A stretch of 33,197 nucleotides of DNA from Octopus bimaculoides. Lineage: Eukaryota. The first letter of the stretch is position 1, and each line of letters starts with the position of its first letter. This document shows positions 11,151 through 21,006 of this stretch, piece after piece. Where the stretch lies: positions 42,144,175 to 42,177,371 of the forward strand of contig NC_068992.1 of the NCBI RefSeq assembly GCF_001194135.2. Direction: 5' to 3'. The notes beneath the pieces were generated by a model. That model did no database searches and was not told the origin of the DNA. It worked only from the letters and a program-made list of their open reading frames with translations. A program made the position numbers and the translations under genes.

Positions 11151-11509
11151 GAGAAATCCATCACATTTTAATACTAATGAAATTTAAACTGACAAGTGAT
11201 GTCACCATCAAAGTTTATGACAGCAAGAACAACGGAAGTAGCAGAGACTTCATTTCCATTAGATGACATTGTTGCAAAAGAACTTTTTAAAAAATCAATA
11301 AAACGTGGTGCCAGGAAAAAAAGTAAAAAACATTCATAGATTTCTTTTCTTTATTGAGCATTTCATAGAGTTCCATTTATTTTGTATCATATAAAAATGC
11401 AAGTGCATATAATTTTTCAACTATATATAAACATATACGTGTGTGAGCATGTGCGTGCACGCACGTGTGTCTATTTGCATTTCTATATATTTCTTTAAAT
11501 GAATTATTC

Positions 11510-11547
<38 letters not shown>

Positions 11548-12212
11548 NNNNNNNNNNNNNNNNNNNNNNNNNNNNNNNNNNNNNNNNNNNNNNNNNNNNN
11601 NNNNNNNNNNNNNNNNNNNNNNNNNNNNNNNNNNNNNNNNNNNNNNNNNNNNNNNNNNNNNNNNNNNNNNNNNNNNNNNNNNNNNNNNNNNNNNNNNNNN
11701 NNNNNNNNNNNNNNNNNNNNNNNNNNNNNNNNNNNNNNNNNNNNNNNNNNNNNNNNNNNNNNNNNNNNNNNNNNNNNNNNNNNNNNNNNNNNNNNNNNNN
11801 NNNNNNNNNNNNNNNNNNNNNNNNNNNNNNNNNNNNNNNNNNNNNNNNNNNNNNNNNNNNNNNNNNNNNNNNNNNNNNNNNNNNNNNNNNNNNNNNNNNN
11901 NNNNNNNNNNNNNNNNNNNNNNNNNNNNNNNNNNNNNNNNNNNNNNNNNNNNNNNNNNNNNNNNNNNNNNNNNNNNNNNNNNNNNNNNNNNNNNNNNNNN
12001 NNNNNNNNNNNNNNNNNNNNNNNNNNNNNNNNNNNNNNNNNNNNNNNNNNNNNNNNNNNNNNNNNNNNNNNNNNNNNNNNNNNNNNNNNNNNNNNNNNNN
12101 NNNNNNNNNNNNNNNNNNNNNNNNNNNNNNNNNNNNNNNNNNNNNNNNNNNNNNNNNNNNNNNNNNNNNNNNNNNNNNNNNNNNNNNNNNNNNNNNNNNN
12201 NNNNNNNNNNNN
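11548..12212. other. Assembly gap after (TA)n
   Basis: N-run. Confidence 1.
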
Positions 12213-12447
12213 GGACAGAAAACGAAACAAAGAAAGAAGGAGAGGGCGAATGAAATATGGCGAAAGGATGAGAGTGAAGTAAAACGAAAAGGGGAGTAAA
12301 TGTTTCATATTTTTCGAATTATTTGATAGTAAGCACCATAAACATACGAGCAATGGCGTAAAATAAGGAAGATGTTTCATATAACAATGACGAATTTCCT
12401 CAAAATTTATTGTTTTAATGAAAAGTTTTTTTTTTGCACTTTCTATC

Positions 12448-13047
12448 CAGTAATTTCTATCGCGGGTGTTAAGTTCCAAGACCTACCGCGATAGGTAAAA
12501 TTCCGTGAAGTAGAAACAATACTATATATTTTTAAAAATTATTTTTATAATTTGCATATACGGAGCAAATAATTCACGAGAAAAATAATTCACGAAAAAT
12601 AATTTGCGAAGATATCATTGACTCTATTATTATCTAGTGTAACCATTTTGAAATGATAATAACAGAATCAATAATATAGCCGATTGCAGCCCCACCAAAA
12701 AAAAAAGCATATATAAGTTGTATATATTTATTTTATTATAAATGCAGAACAACAGCACTTAAGCTTATATAATCCCTTCTACTATAGACACAAGGTCTGA
12801 AAATGTTGGGGAGATGACAAGTCGACTACATCGACGCCAATGTTTTACTGGTACATAATTTATCAACCCCCGAAAGAATGACAGGTAAAGTCGACCACGG
12901 CGGAATTTGGACTCAAAACGTAGTGACAGGCAAAATACCAATAAGCATTTCGTCCAGCACGCTTACGAATCTGCCAGCTCACCGCCTTCACATAAGCTTA
13001 AACAATAAACCGCGATAGTTGAACCGGGATACGGTGAGGGGTTGCTG
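12448..13047. mobile_element. Tigger/pogo-like (TcMar) non-autonomous element interrupted by a SINE
   Basis: Left end CAGTAATT..CTATCGCGGGTGTTAAGTTCCAAGACCTACCGCGATAGGTAAAATTCCGTGAAGTAG. Right end AAACCGCGATAGTTGAACCGGGATACGGTGAGGGGTTGCTG. Both match Tigger-like terminal architecture recalled from memory. Confidence 0.6.
12775..12988 (-). mobile_element. Family-1 tRNA-derived SINE (~215 bp)
   Basis: Collinear with 15403-15616, 28945-29160 and 31974-32188. Ends in CTGCCAGCTCACCGCCTT (A-box region on minus). Confidence 0.9.
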
Positions 13048-13547
13048 TTTTTCCCTAGCGTCAGTGCATCGAATATGACACGCATTTTCATGCAAACACT
13101 TGTGTAACTACGGGCTTATGAAAAACAGCTTTATGTTACTAATAATAAATGAAACAAGAGCTAACTAAAAATCTAAAAACAACCATGGACAGTTCGGAGA
13201 AACTTACAGAAATGCATTAGAAAGGCAAAGGGTTAATACTTTCAGTATTTAATAACTCTGTTAAAACCAGCTTTTCTCCCTAGGGAGCGGTGGATATATG
13301 GTTATGGGTAATGGGGACAAAATATTAATAGGGGGTGCGACAGATGCTATTCTGCAATATTTCTAAACTTGTCACCATCCAATTTTAATTTTTCCGTAAT
13401 TAATTTAAATGTAAATTTTTAAATATAATTTCCTTACATTTGGATTTGCTTAATTCTTGTTCTCTTGAGTAGATTTCTTTAAATATATTAAATTAAGAAA
13501 TTGTCTAATTGCCAACAACAGCATATGCAATATTTTATGCAATCTAC

Positions 13548-13589
13548 ATCTGTTCCGCTGATCTGATACACGTTGTGCAGGTACATGTT
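13548..13589 (-). CDS. Possible next exon of the minus-strand gene (NMYLHNVYQISGTD); 3' boundary uncertain
   Basis: Strong acceptor TTTTTGTATTTGTATCTTTTTCACTTGCCAG. The phase 0 start is compatible with exon 16205-16266. The only nearby donor is a weak GTAGAT. Confidence 0.25.
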
Positions 13590-13875
13590 CTGGCAAGTGA
13601 AAAAGATACAAATACAAAAATCTGTTTATCTGTATCGCAATGGAGTTATCATTGGTTATATGGGAACACACGTCCGCATATACGTGCGCAAATGCATGAT
13701 ATATGCATACATACGAGTATGCGTACATGCACACATATGCGCATTATATATAGACACACATGAATAATGGATATATATACATATTGTTACATACACATAT
13801 ACATACACATATACATACACAAATAGATACGTACATATATAAACATACACAGACACACACGCACACACACACACG

Positions 13876-13933
<58 letters not shown>

Positions 13934-14113
13934 CATGCACGCATAATACACAGGTATATATGTATGTATACATATATGTATGTAAGTATGTGTGATGTAT
14001 GTATGGATGGATGTATATATGGATGTATGCATGTAGTTATCTATGTGTATGAGTGTGCCTGTATATGTGTGTGTGTGAATGTAAATATTCATACATGTTT
14101 ACATACCTACATA

Positions 14114-14327
14114 CGAGTGGGTATTGAAATGTTTTGGTGTTTATGGTTATCGCGAACGGCCTGGTTGGAGGCCCAGCCTTCCGAGTTCTTTTACAGAGAT
14201 TAAGAAAACTAAAGGTCGGCTACAATAAGTGTGCAAATCTGAGAGGAGAAAATATTGAATAAAATTATATTTAACTGACCCTCTTCTATTCTCTTTTACC
14301 AAAGCCAGGATCTTTTCAATACTTCCT

Positions 14328-14329
<2 letters not shown>
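14114..14329 (+). mobile_element. Internally deleted mariner element (~215 bp) with both TIRs
   Basis: Left end TA|CGAGTGGGTATTGAAATG versus reverse-complemented right end CGAGGAAGTATTGAAAAG. The interior encodes AWLEAQPSEFFYRD /frameshift/ RKLKVGYNKCANLRGENIE*, similar to mariner C-termini. Confidence 0.8.
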
Positions 14330-14359
<30 letters not shown>

Positions 14360-15402
14360 GATGTGCCTATGATTGTGTGCGTCTGTATGTTGTATGTATC
14401 TGAATATATTCACGCACTTGCATCCGCAGACACCGGACATAAGCAAATACAGGAAGTGGAATGGAAATTCTTAGGAAAAGAATATATATTCCATATATAA
14501 ACAAGAGAGGAAACCTTATGGGAAAATGAAACACACACATACATCCATACATACATATATTCAGACATACCAGAGACGTGCCGTCAGTAATTACTCAGGA
14601 TAGGCAGTTTGTGACCTTTATGTAGTAAAACACAAAATATAAGCGAAACACAGGCGTGTGACTGAGTTGGTGGCAGATTTACTTCTGCCTTTATAGGACG
14701 TAAAAAAAATGGTGATCTAGGAATGTGTGCAACACGTGTACTACAGCAGTATTATGCGTAGATTTAATACTGGGGGGGGGGGCGATTTATGCCTACCTAA
14801 TCTACAAAAAAAAAATCAAATATTTTGTATTTTATGCATAATGATCAGTGTAACCCTCATAATTTTATTGGATTAGGTAAATATTTTGCCATGAAAGGAA
14901 AATGTTGCTATCGATCTATTTTATTCAGGGTAGCCACTGCCTACCTTACCTAACCAAGCGGCTCGTCCTTGATACTTGCACACATACATACGTACATACA
15001 TGCATGCATGCATACATACATGCATACATACAAGGATGTATGCACACCTTCACACATACCCGTGTTAGTATAAGCATTAATTGATCTCTCATAATAAGGT
15101 TCGTTGACCCAACGATTCTGCTTGGACAGTAAATGCGTTTCCCATCCATCATGCTCAATGATGGAGACAGCTTGGACTCTCGGAGGGCCCAAACGGCTGC
15201 TTTATGTTCACACTTGTGATTTTCATTTCTGATTCTCGTGAGCTTCAAGCACCCGCTTTCGCAAATGTCAATTTCTAAGTCTCTCAAACACAGAGATAGG
15301 TGAGTCTTTTTTTTTTTTTCAAACTTTCAGTCCATATTACCAAAAATATTCAGACAGTGTACATTTCTATTCTATAACAAATATACAATGGTTAGGTATA
15401 TT

Positions 15403-15616
15403 TGTTTCTACTCTAGGCACAATACCCGACATTTTTGGGAAAGGGACCAATCGATTAGATCGACCCCTGTACGCAACTGGTACTTAATTTATCGACCCCT
15501 AAAAGATGAAAGGGAGAGTCGATCTCGGCGGAATTTGAACTCAGAACATAAAGACAGACGAAATGCCGCAAGGTATTTCGCCCGGCGTGCTAATGTTTCT
15601 GCCAGGTCGTCACTTT
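15403..15616 (-). mobile_element. Family-1 tRNA-derived SINE
   Basis: Full length and collinear with other copies. Confidence 0.9.
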
Positions 15617-15704
15617 AATGGTCGGGTATATTAATGTCTCATAATTGTTATGTTTCACGTCTATATGTTCTGGTCAATATGACGTAATATAAGTTTGGAC
15701 TTTA

Positions 15705-15920
15705 AAGCGGCCAGCTGGCAGAAACGTTACCATGCCGAGCGGAATGCTTAGCGGTATTTCGTCTGTCTTTACGTTCTGAGATCAAATTCCGTCAGGTTCA
15801 CTTTGCCATTAATCCTTACGGAATCGATAAATTAAGTGCTAGTTGCATACTGTGTTCGATCTAATCGGCTGGCCTCTTCTCCAAAAATTTCTGGCCTTGT
15901 TCCTAGAGTAGAAAAGAATT
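15705..15920 (+). mobile_element. Family-1 tRNA-derived SINE
   Basis: A-box-like AGCTGGCAGAAACG and B-box-like GAGATCAAATTCC. Reverse-complement similarity to 15403-15616. Confidence 0.9.
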
Positions 15921-16204
15921 TACGTTTCGTCTTTATGTAAAATATACTCCTAGCCAGTGACTTTATACACAATGTTTCTCTTAATACCTATATAGGTTAC
16001 TCAGTTGTTCATTCAAATAAGCCGAATAAGGATTGAAACCAACCTGGATAATCCCAAATTATCTTTATATGCGTAATAGTGTATATGGAGCCTTGTGAAA
16101 TATTGCACCACGTGATAAAAATACACAAGGAAATAGGTGATGCATGTCCTAAGTGCTTCGTTTACTGGAGAAAACAGGATTCTGACTGTGCTGATGACGC
16201 TTAC

Positions 16205-16266
16205 TGATCCAGGAGCAATCAGCCCTATTCTTCTTGCCGGTATAGAATCAAAGCGTTTTATTAATG
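16205..16266 (-). CDS. Coding exon (5th of the assembled set): (A)LIKRFDSIPARRIGLIAPGS, LIVBP/ANF-receptor-like domain
   Basis: Acceptor TTATTTTCCTGAACTGATATAG, donor GTAAGC. Only one of three frames is open. The phase 1 start matches exon 23435-23535. Confidence 0.6.
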
Positions 16267-16744
16267 CTATATCAGTTCAGGAAAATAAGTGTGCCTTAAG
16301 ATTATCTCCTACTCATTTGAAATTGGTCCCAAATACCACAAAGCGACTGTTCGACCTGGTCTGAGTGTAGACTTATTTTCAATAAACCAAAAAATATATC
16401 TTTTCAGATAAGCAAAGGAATTTGTATAACATACCATTAACTTTTGGACTCTAGCATAAGCATACAGTTGTGCATCTTTTTCTTTCTATCTTACAAGACA
16501 TTATAAAGAAGTATTAAATGACCTATGAAACCGAATACCTCGTCATCGATAACAACTGTGAAACAGCTGTTTATATATTTCAGTTGGTATACTTCATGCT
16601 GTTGCATGCTTGTATGTGTACGTAAGCGCACACACACACACACAAACACAAACACACATGCACACACATACACACACACATATATATTTTTGTATACACA
16701 CACACACACACACACACACATACACACACACACACACATATAAA

Positions 16745-16838
16745 GATAGATGGATAGATCGATAGATAGATTGATAGGTAGATAGATAGAGAGATAGATA
16801 GATAGATAGATAGATAGGTAGGTAGGTAGGTAGGTAGG

Positions 16839-16866
<28 letters not shown>
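16745..16866. repeat. Compound (TAGA)n/(TAGG)n tetranucleotide microsatellite following a (CA)n tract
   Basis: Directly visible. Confidence 0.95.
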
Positions 16867-16869
<3 letters not shown>

Positions 16870-16889
16870 ATATACGCACACGCAAACGC

Positions 16890-17040
16890 CCAGAATGGGT
16901 GTGTGATAGCAATTTTGCTTCCTAATCAGATATTACAGGCTTCAGTCCAGGTCACACTTGGCCAACTGCGTCAAGCTACAGTCCGGGCTGACCACTGCTT
17001 AGTGAATGAATTTGGTAGAAGGAAACTGAAAGAAGCCTCT
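16890..17040 (+). mobile_element. 5' half of SINE family 2, running into (TG)n
   Basis: Contains TTTGGTAGAAGGAAACTGAAAGAAGCC. Collinear with the reverse complement of 29500-29660. Confidence 0.7.
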
Positions 17041-17060
17041 CAAAGATAGATACTTGTGTG

Positions 17061-17098
<38 letters not shown>

Positions 17099-17839
17099 TG
17101 TGTGTGTTTGTGCGTGTGCGCACGCGCGTGTGTGTGAGTGTGTGCATGAGATGTTTAATATTTCTGAACAGATTGCACAAAAACGAACGTACATCACAAA
17201 TACATACATATTAAAACGTGTGCGCATATTAATCCCACCGACGTGTGCTGCAGCTTAACTCGGAATTTTAGAAGTTCGAGCTTTTGAACAAGCGGAAACC
17301 TAAAACTATTAATTACAGTCGCAAAATGCATCGAACACGAATCAAGAGCATACACACACGCGCATGCGTCCACGAACACATGCATGCTCTCGCGCACTCT
17401 TGTAGTGCTTATATTAGCAAGTTTTGTTGATACTTATAATCATCGTATAAACGTGATCACTTGCTGTGAATGAACACGCTATATTTACTCTATGTATTTA
17501 TAAAACTCTATTTCTTGTATATCATATTTTAATGACATATTCTTGCACGTCTGCAAATGTATATGCAGGTTGAAGTGTGTCAATAACTTTCCACGCCAAT
17601 AGTTTATTTCCTACTCTCACCCTGATATCCCTCTCTTTATTCCCTACCATACAATCTCTCCTCCTAACATACCTTCTCTGAATCTTTCTCTCCCTCTCTG
17701 TTATACTCAGCTTAAATACATATAGCAAACAACGGTTTTCTAGCAACGGGGCCAAGGACAGCAACAAAATACACACAGAGACACACATAAACACACACAC
17801 ACACTAGTGTAACTACACAAATACACACACATAAATTTG

Positions 17840-17841
17840 TA

Positions 17842-17904
<63 letters not shown>

Positions 17905-17925
17905 ATATATATATATATATATATA
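17840..17925. repeat. (TATC)n then (TA)n microsatellite
   Basis: Directly visible. Confidence 0.95.
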
Positions 17926-18311
17926 GAGTTTTATAATCCCAACAATATATAATCCCAAAAATAACGATGAAGAACCACAAAAAGAAGGAAAAACAACAAA
18001 CACCGAGGGAAGGAAAGAAAGTTAGTTTTACGTTTCGAGCAAAGCTCTTCAGAAACAGGAGACAGACGAAAGAGCAAGAGAAACGGGAAACGGAGGAAAG
18101 AAAATCGCCTACAATGCACATGTAGAGGGTATGAATGTCAGTGTAAGTGAGTCATGGCGACGAAAAGGAAAAAAAAAGGACAGTGGAAGTAGAATAGAAG
18201 ATAAGTCAAAGAAAGACGGGTGAAGAGGAAGAGTCATGGACAAATTGTAGTGATTCACAAATAAGATGCAGAAATGGCGAACTCCGAATGAATAAGGTGA
18301 TGTAATGCCAT

Positions 18312-18313
<2 letters not shown>
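17926..18313 (-). mobile_element. ~390-bp Penelope pLTR-like element bracketed by (TA)n on both sides
   Basis: Unique sequence with sharp (TA)n boundaries, carrying a minimal hammerhead motif. It starts with HGITSPYSF, weakly like the PLE ORF end HGIN.RFSF. Confidence 0.55.
18025..18056 (-). ncRNA. Minimal hammerhead ribozyme remnant with a shortened core
   Basis: The minus strand reads GUUU-CUGAA-GAGC UUU GCUC-GAAAC GUA-AAAC. Stem I (GUUU/AAAC) and stem II (GAGC/GCUC) are perfect, and stem III is a palindromic ACGU. The CUGANGA core lacks 2-3 nt before stem II. Confidence 0.65.
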
Positions 18314-18349
<36 letters not shown>

Positions 18350-18409
18350 CATATTCCTATCCTTCTTTCGATACATAGAAAATAGATAGATAAATAAATA
18401 GATAGACAT

Positions 18410-18495
<86 letters not shown>

Positions 18496-18496
18496 G

Positions 18497-18655
18497 ACAG
18501 GCATGAAAATAGTTTCCGTGAACTAAATTGATTTACAAGACACTAGGTGGCCAATGAGAACAGTAAATGTCACTTATTGAAGGTGTACCGCGTGGCTGTG
18601 TTACTAAAATTGAACCCATGTTGTCAAAAAGCGAAATGTTTGAATCACACAAATA
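18497..18655 (-). mobile_element. Highly diverged 5' half of SINE family 2
   Basis: Collinear by eye with 29500-29660 (GACAGGC..AGTTTCC..ACAAG..GAACCC..). Confidence 0.4.
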
Positions 18656-19413
18656 TAGCTAGGTTTTAAAAGAAAATGCTAAGACAGAAGTTGTGAATTA
18701 GTCACATTATACAAAAGACACGCACTAAGCATAAATCCAGTTAATTCACATTTTCATTTTTTTTTTGCATTACCTAAGCTTATATTGATCACAGACATAG
18801 AATCACGTGTATTTTGACTTACGTATATGTTTTTTACTTAGCTTTTTTTTTCTATATGGGATTCTTAGTCAAGGTTTGACATTGAATATTATCCTTCAGT
18901 GATTTGCAGTTTTGCTTGCAACACACAAATGTTTACGGTGCCGTTTGAAAATATATATATATCCTTTGATCAAAGTGTTAACGACGACACGGGTTGTGGG
19001 GAAAGAAGCCAGAGTGATCGATAGAAATGATTTGCATAAGGCAGTCAATGTGCAAGAAATTAGAGTAGATATGCTGACAACAACTTCGACATCTATCAGC
19101 AACATCAATTTATGTCACTTTTTAATATTTTCTTCCTTTCCTTTCTCTATTTTTTTTTTATTTTGCATTTACTTAAGGATATGCATGAGTTTATTTCAGC
19201 TTCGTGACTGGCAGACTTCCAGACTTCCGATATAATTTCCTTCGAAATCTTTCTAAAATAAGTATGTATAACTATATAAATATGTGTGTGTATGTGTGTG
19301 TATGCACACACACACACACACAGACACACACACGCACACACACACGCACACACACACACATATATGTGTATGTGTGTGTGTGTGTATATATATATTTATA
19401 TATATATATATAT

Positions 19414-20259
19414 NNNNNNNNNNNNNNNNNNNNNNNNNNNNNNNNNNNNNNNNNNNNNNNNNNNNNNNNNNNNNNNNNNNNNNNNNNNNNNNNNNNNNNN
19501 NNNNNNNNNNNNNNNNNNNNNNNNNNNNNNNNNNNNNNNNNNNNNNNNNNNNNNNNNNNNNNNNNNNNNNNNNNNNNNNNNNNNNNNNNNNNNNNNNNNN
19601 NNNNNNNNNNNNNNNNNNNNNNNNNNNNNNNNNNNNNNNNNNNNNNNNNNNNNNNNNNNNNNNNNNNNNNNNNNNNNNNNNNNNNNNNNNNNNNNNNNNN
19701 NNNNNNNNNNNNNNNNNNNNNNNNNNNNNNNNNNNNNNNNNNNNNNNNNNNNNNNNNNNNNNNNNNNNNNNNNNNNNNNNNNNNNNNNNNNNNNNNNNNN
19801 NNNNNNNNNNNNNNNNNNNNNNNNNNNNNNNNNNNNNNNNNNNNNNNNNNNNNNNNNNNNNNNNNNNNNNNNNNNNNNNNNNNNNNNNNNNNNNNNNNNN
19901 NNNNNNNNNNNNNNNNNNNNNNNNNNNNNNNNNNNNNNNNNNNNNNNNNNNNNNNNNNNNNNNNNNNNNNNNNNNNNNNNNNNNNNNNNNNNNNNNNNNN
20001 NNNNNNNNNNNNNNNNNNNNNNNNNNNNNNNNNNNNNNNNNNNNNNNNNNNNNNNNNNNNNNNNNNNNNNNNNNNNNNNNNNNNNNNNNNNNNNNNNNNN
20101 NNNNNNNNNNNNNNNNNNNNNNNNNNNNNNNNNNNNNNNNNNNNNNNNNNNNNNNNNNNNNNNNNNNNNNNNNNNNNNNNNNNNNNNNNNNNNNNNNNNN
20201 NNNNNNNNNNNNNNNNNNNNNNNNNNNNNNNNNNNNNNNNNNNNNNNNNNNNNNNNNNN
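19414..20259. other. Assembly gap inside (TA)n
   Basis: N-run. Confidence 1.
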
Positions 20260-20281
20260 ATATATATATATATATATATAC

Positions 20282-20430
20282 ATGAGATTATGCCAAACAC
20301 TTCCAGATTTGAAGGGTATTACGAAAGGCCTTGTTGGAGGCCCAACATTCAGAGTACTCTTACTTTTACAGAGCTTAGAAAAACTGAAGAACTGCTGCGG
20401 TGTATGGATCTCAGAGGGAAATATATATAT
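20282..20430 (+). mobile_element. Third, more decayed copy of the mariner-derived short element
   Basis: GGCCTTGTTGGAGGCCCAACATTC...TTTTACAGAGCTTAGAAAAACTGAAG...CTCAGAGGGAAATAT aligns with 14158-14255. Confidence 0.6.
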
Positions 20431-20507
20431 CAATAGATAATTATACGAATGGCTCACACCTAGTAGCTTACTGGTAAAGCATGGTCACTTTCTCGGTGAT
20501 CGTAAGG

Positions 20508-21006
20508 TATATGGCAAATGAAAGACGGGAGATGGAATATACAAGAATTTATTATTAATCACGTCAGTTGTTTCGACACATCTAGCATCGATTCCTCTTG
20601 GGTGGGGCACTCAACAACTTGTTCAGGAGCATCCGGTGGTGCAGATATATCTCGTTGGCTGATGAATACAACTCGTACAAATGAATGTTTCGTAATGTAA
20701 CTTACCGTTTTGTAGAGAGAAAATCATCCAGACGGATTTTATTTTTGATCTTCTATATAAAGGAAGATATTTCCCCTGTCTGGTTGCTTTTCTCTCTACG
20801 AAACGGAAAGTTACATTGCGGAACGGTCGTTTCAATGAGTTGTATTTATTTATCACCCGACAAGATTCATCTGCACCACCGGATGCTCCTAAACATGTTG
20901 TGAGTGTCCCGCCCAAGAGGAATCGATGCTAGGTGTGTCGATACAATTGTCGTGATTAATAATAAATTCTCGTATATTCCCTATTCCGCGTTTCATTTGC
21001 CATATA
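20508..21006. mobile_element. ~500-bp foldback/MITE: two ~240-bp inverted arms with a minimal spacer and TATA ends
   Basis: TATATGGCAAATGAAA...ACACATCTAGCATCGATTCCTCTTGGG...GGAGCATCCGGTGGTGCAGAT is mirrored at 20869-21006. The opposite-strand ORFs 20518+ and 20889- share the NI.EFIINH..C.DT.SIDSSW.GHS translation. Confidence 0.85.

Noticed and set aside
13221-13236. AAAGGCAAAGGGTTAA, like a piggyBac-type right terminus
   Set aside because: No matching left terminus (TTAACCCTTT) in the window.
14946-15287. 113-aa minus ORF (MRDLEIDICESG...)
   Set aside because: No acceptor tract or recognisable motif, and it runs into microsatellite.
16191-16256. CUGAUGA followed by CGCUU...AAGCG stem (possible hammerhead)
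   Set aside because: No GAAA follows the stem, and the segment overlaps the minus-strand exon and its donor.
9111-16522. Extra short minus-strand exon candidates: 9111-9143 (VNAFKSDLET), 14950-14974 (YQGRAAWL), 16495-16522 (HLILLYNV)
   Set aside because: Each has plausible GT-AG ends, but none can be placed unambiguously in the phase chain, and such pairs are expected by chance. Not called without RNA data.
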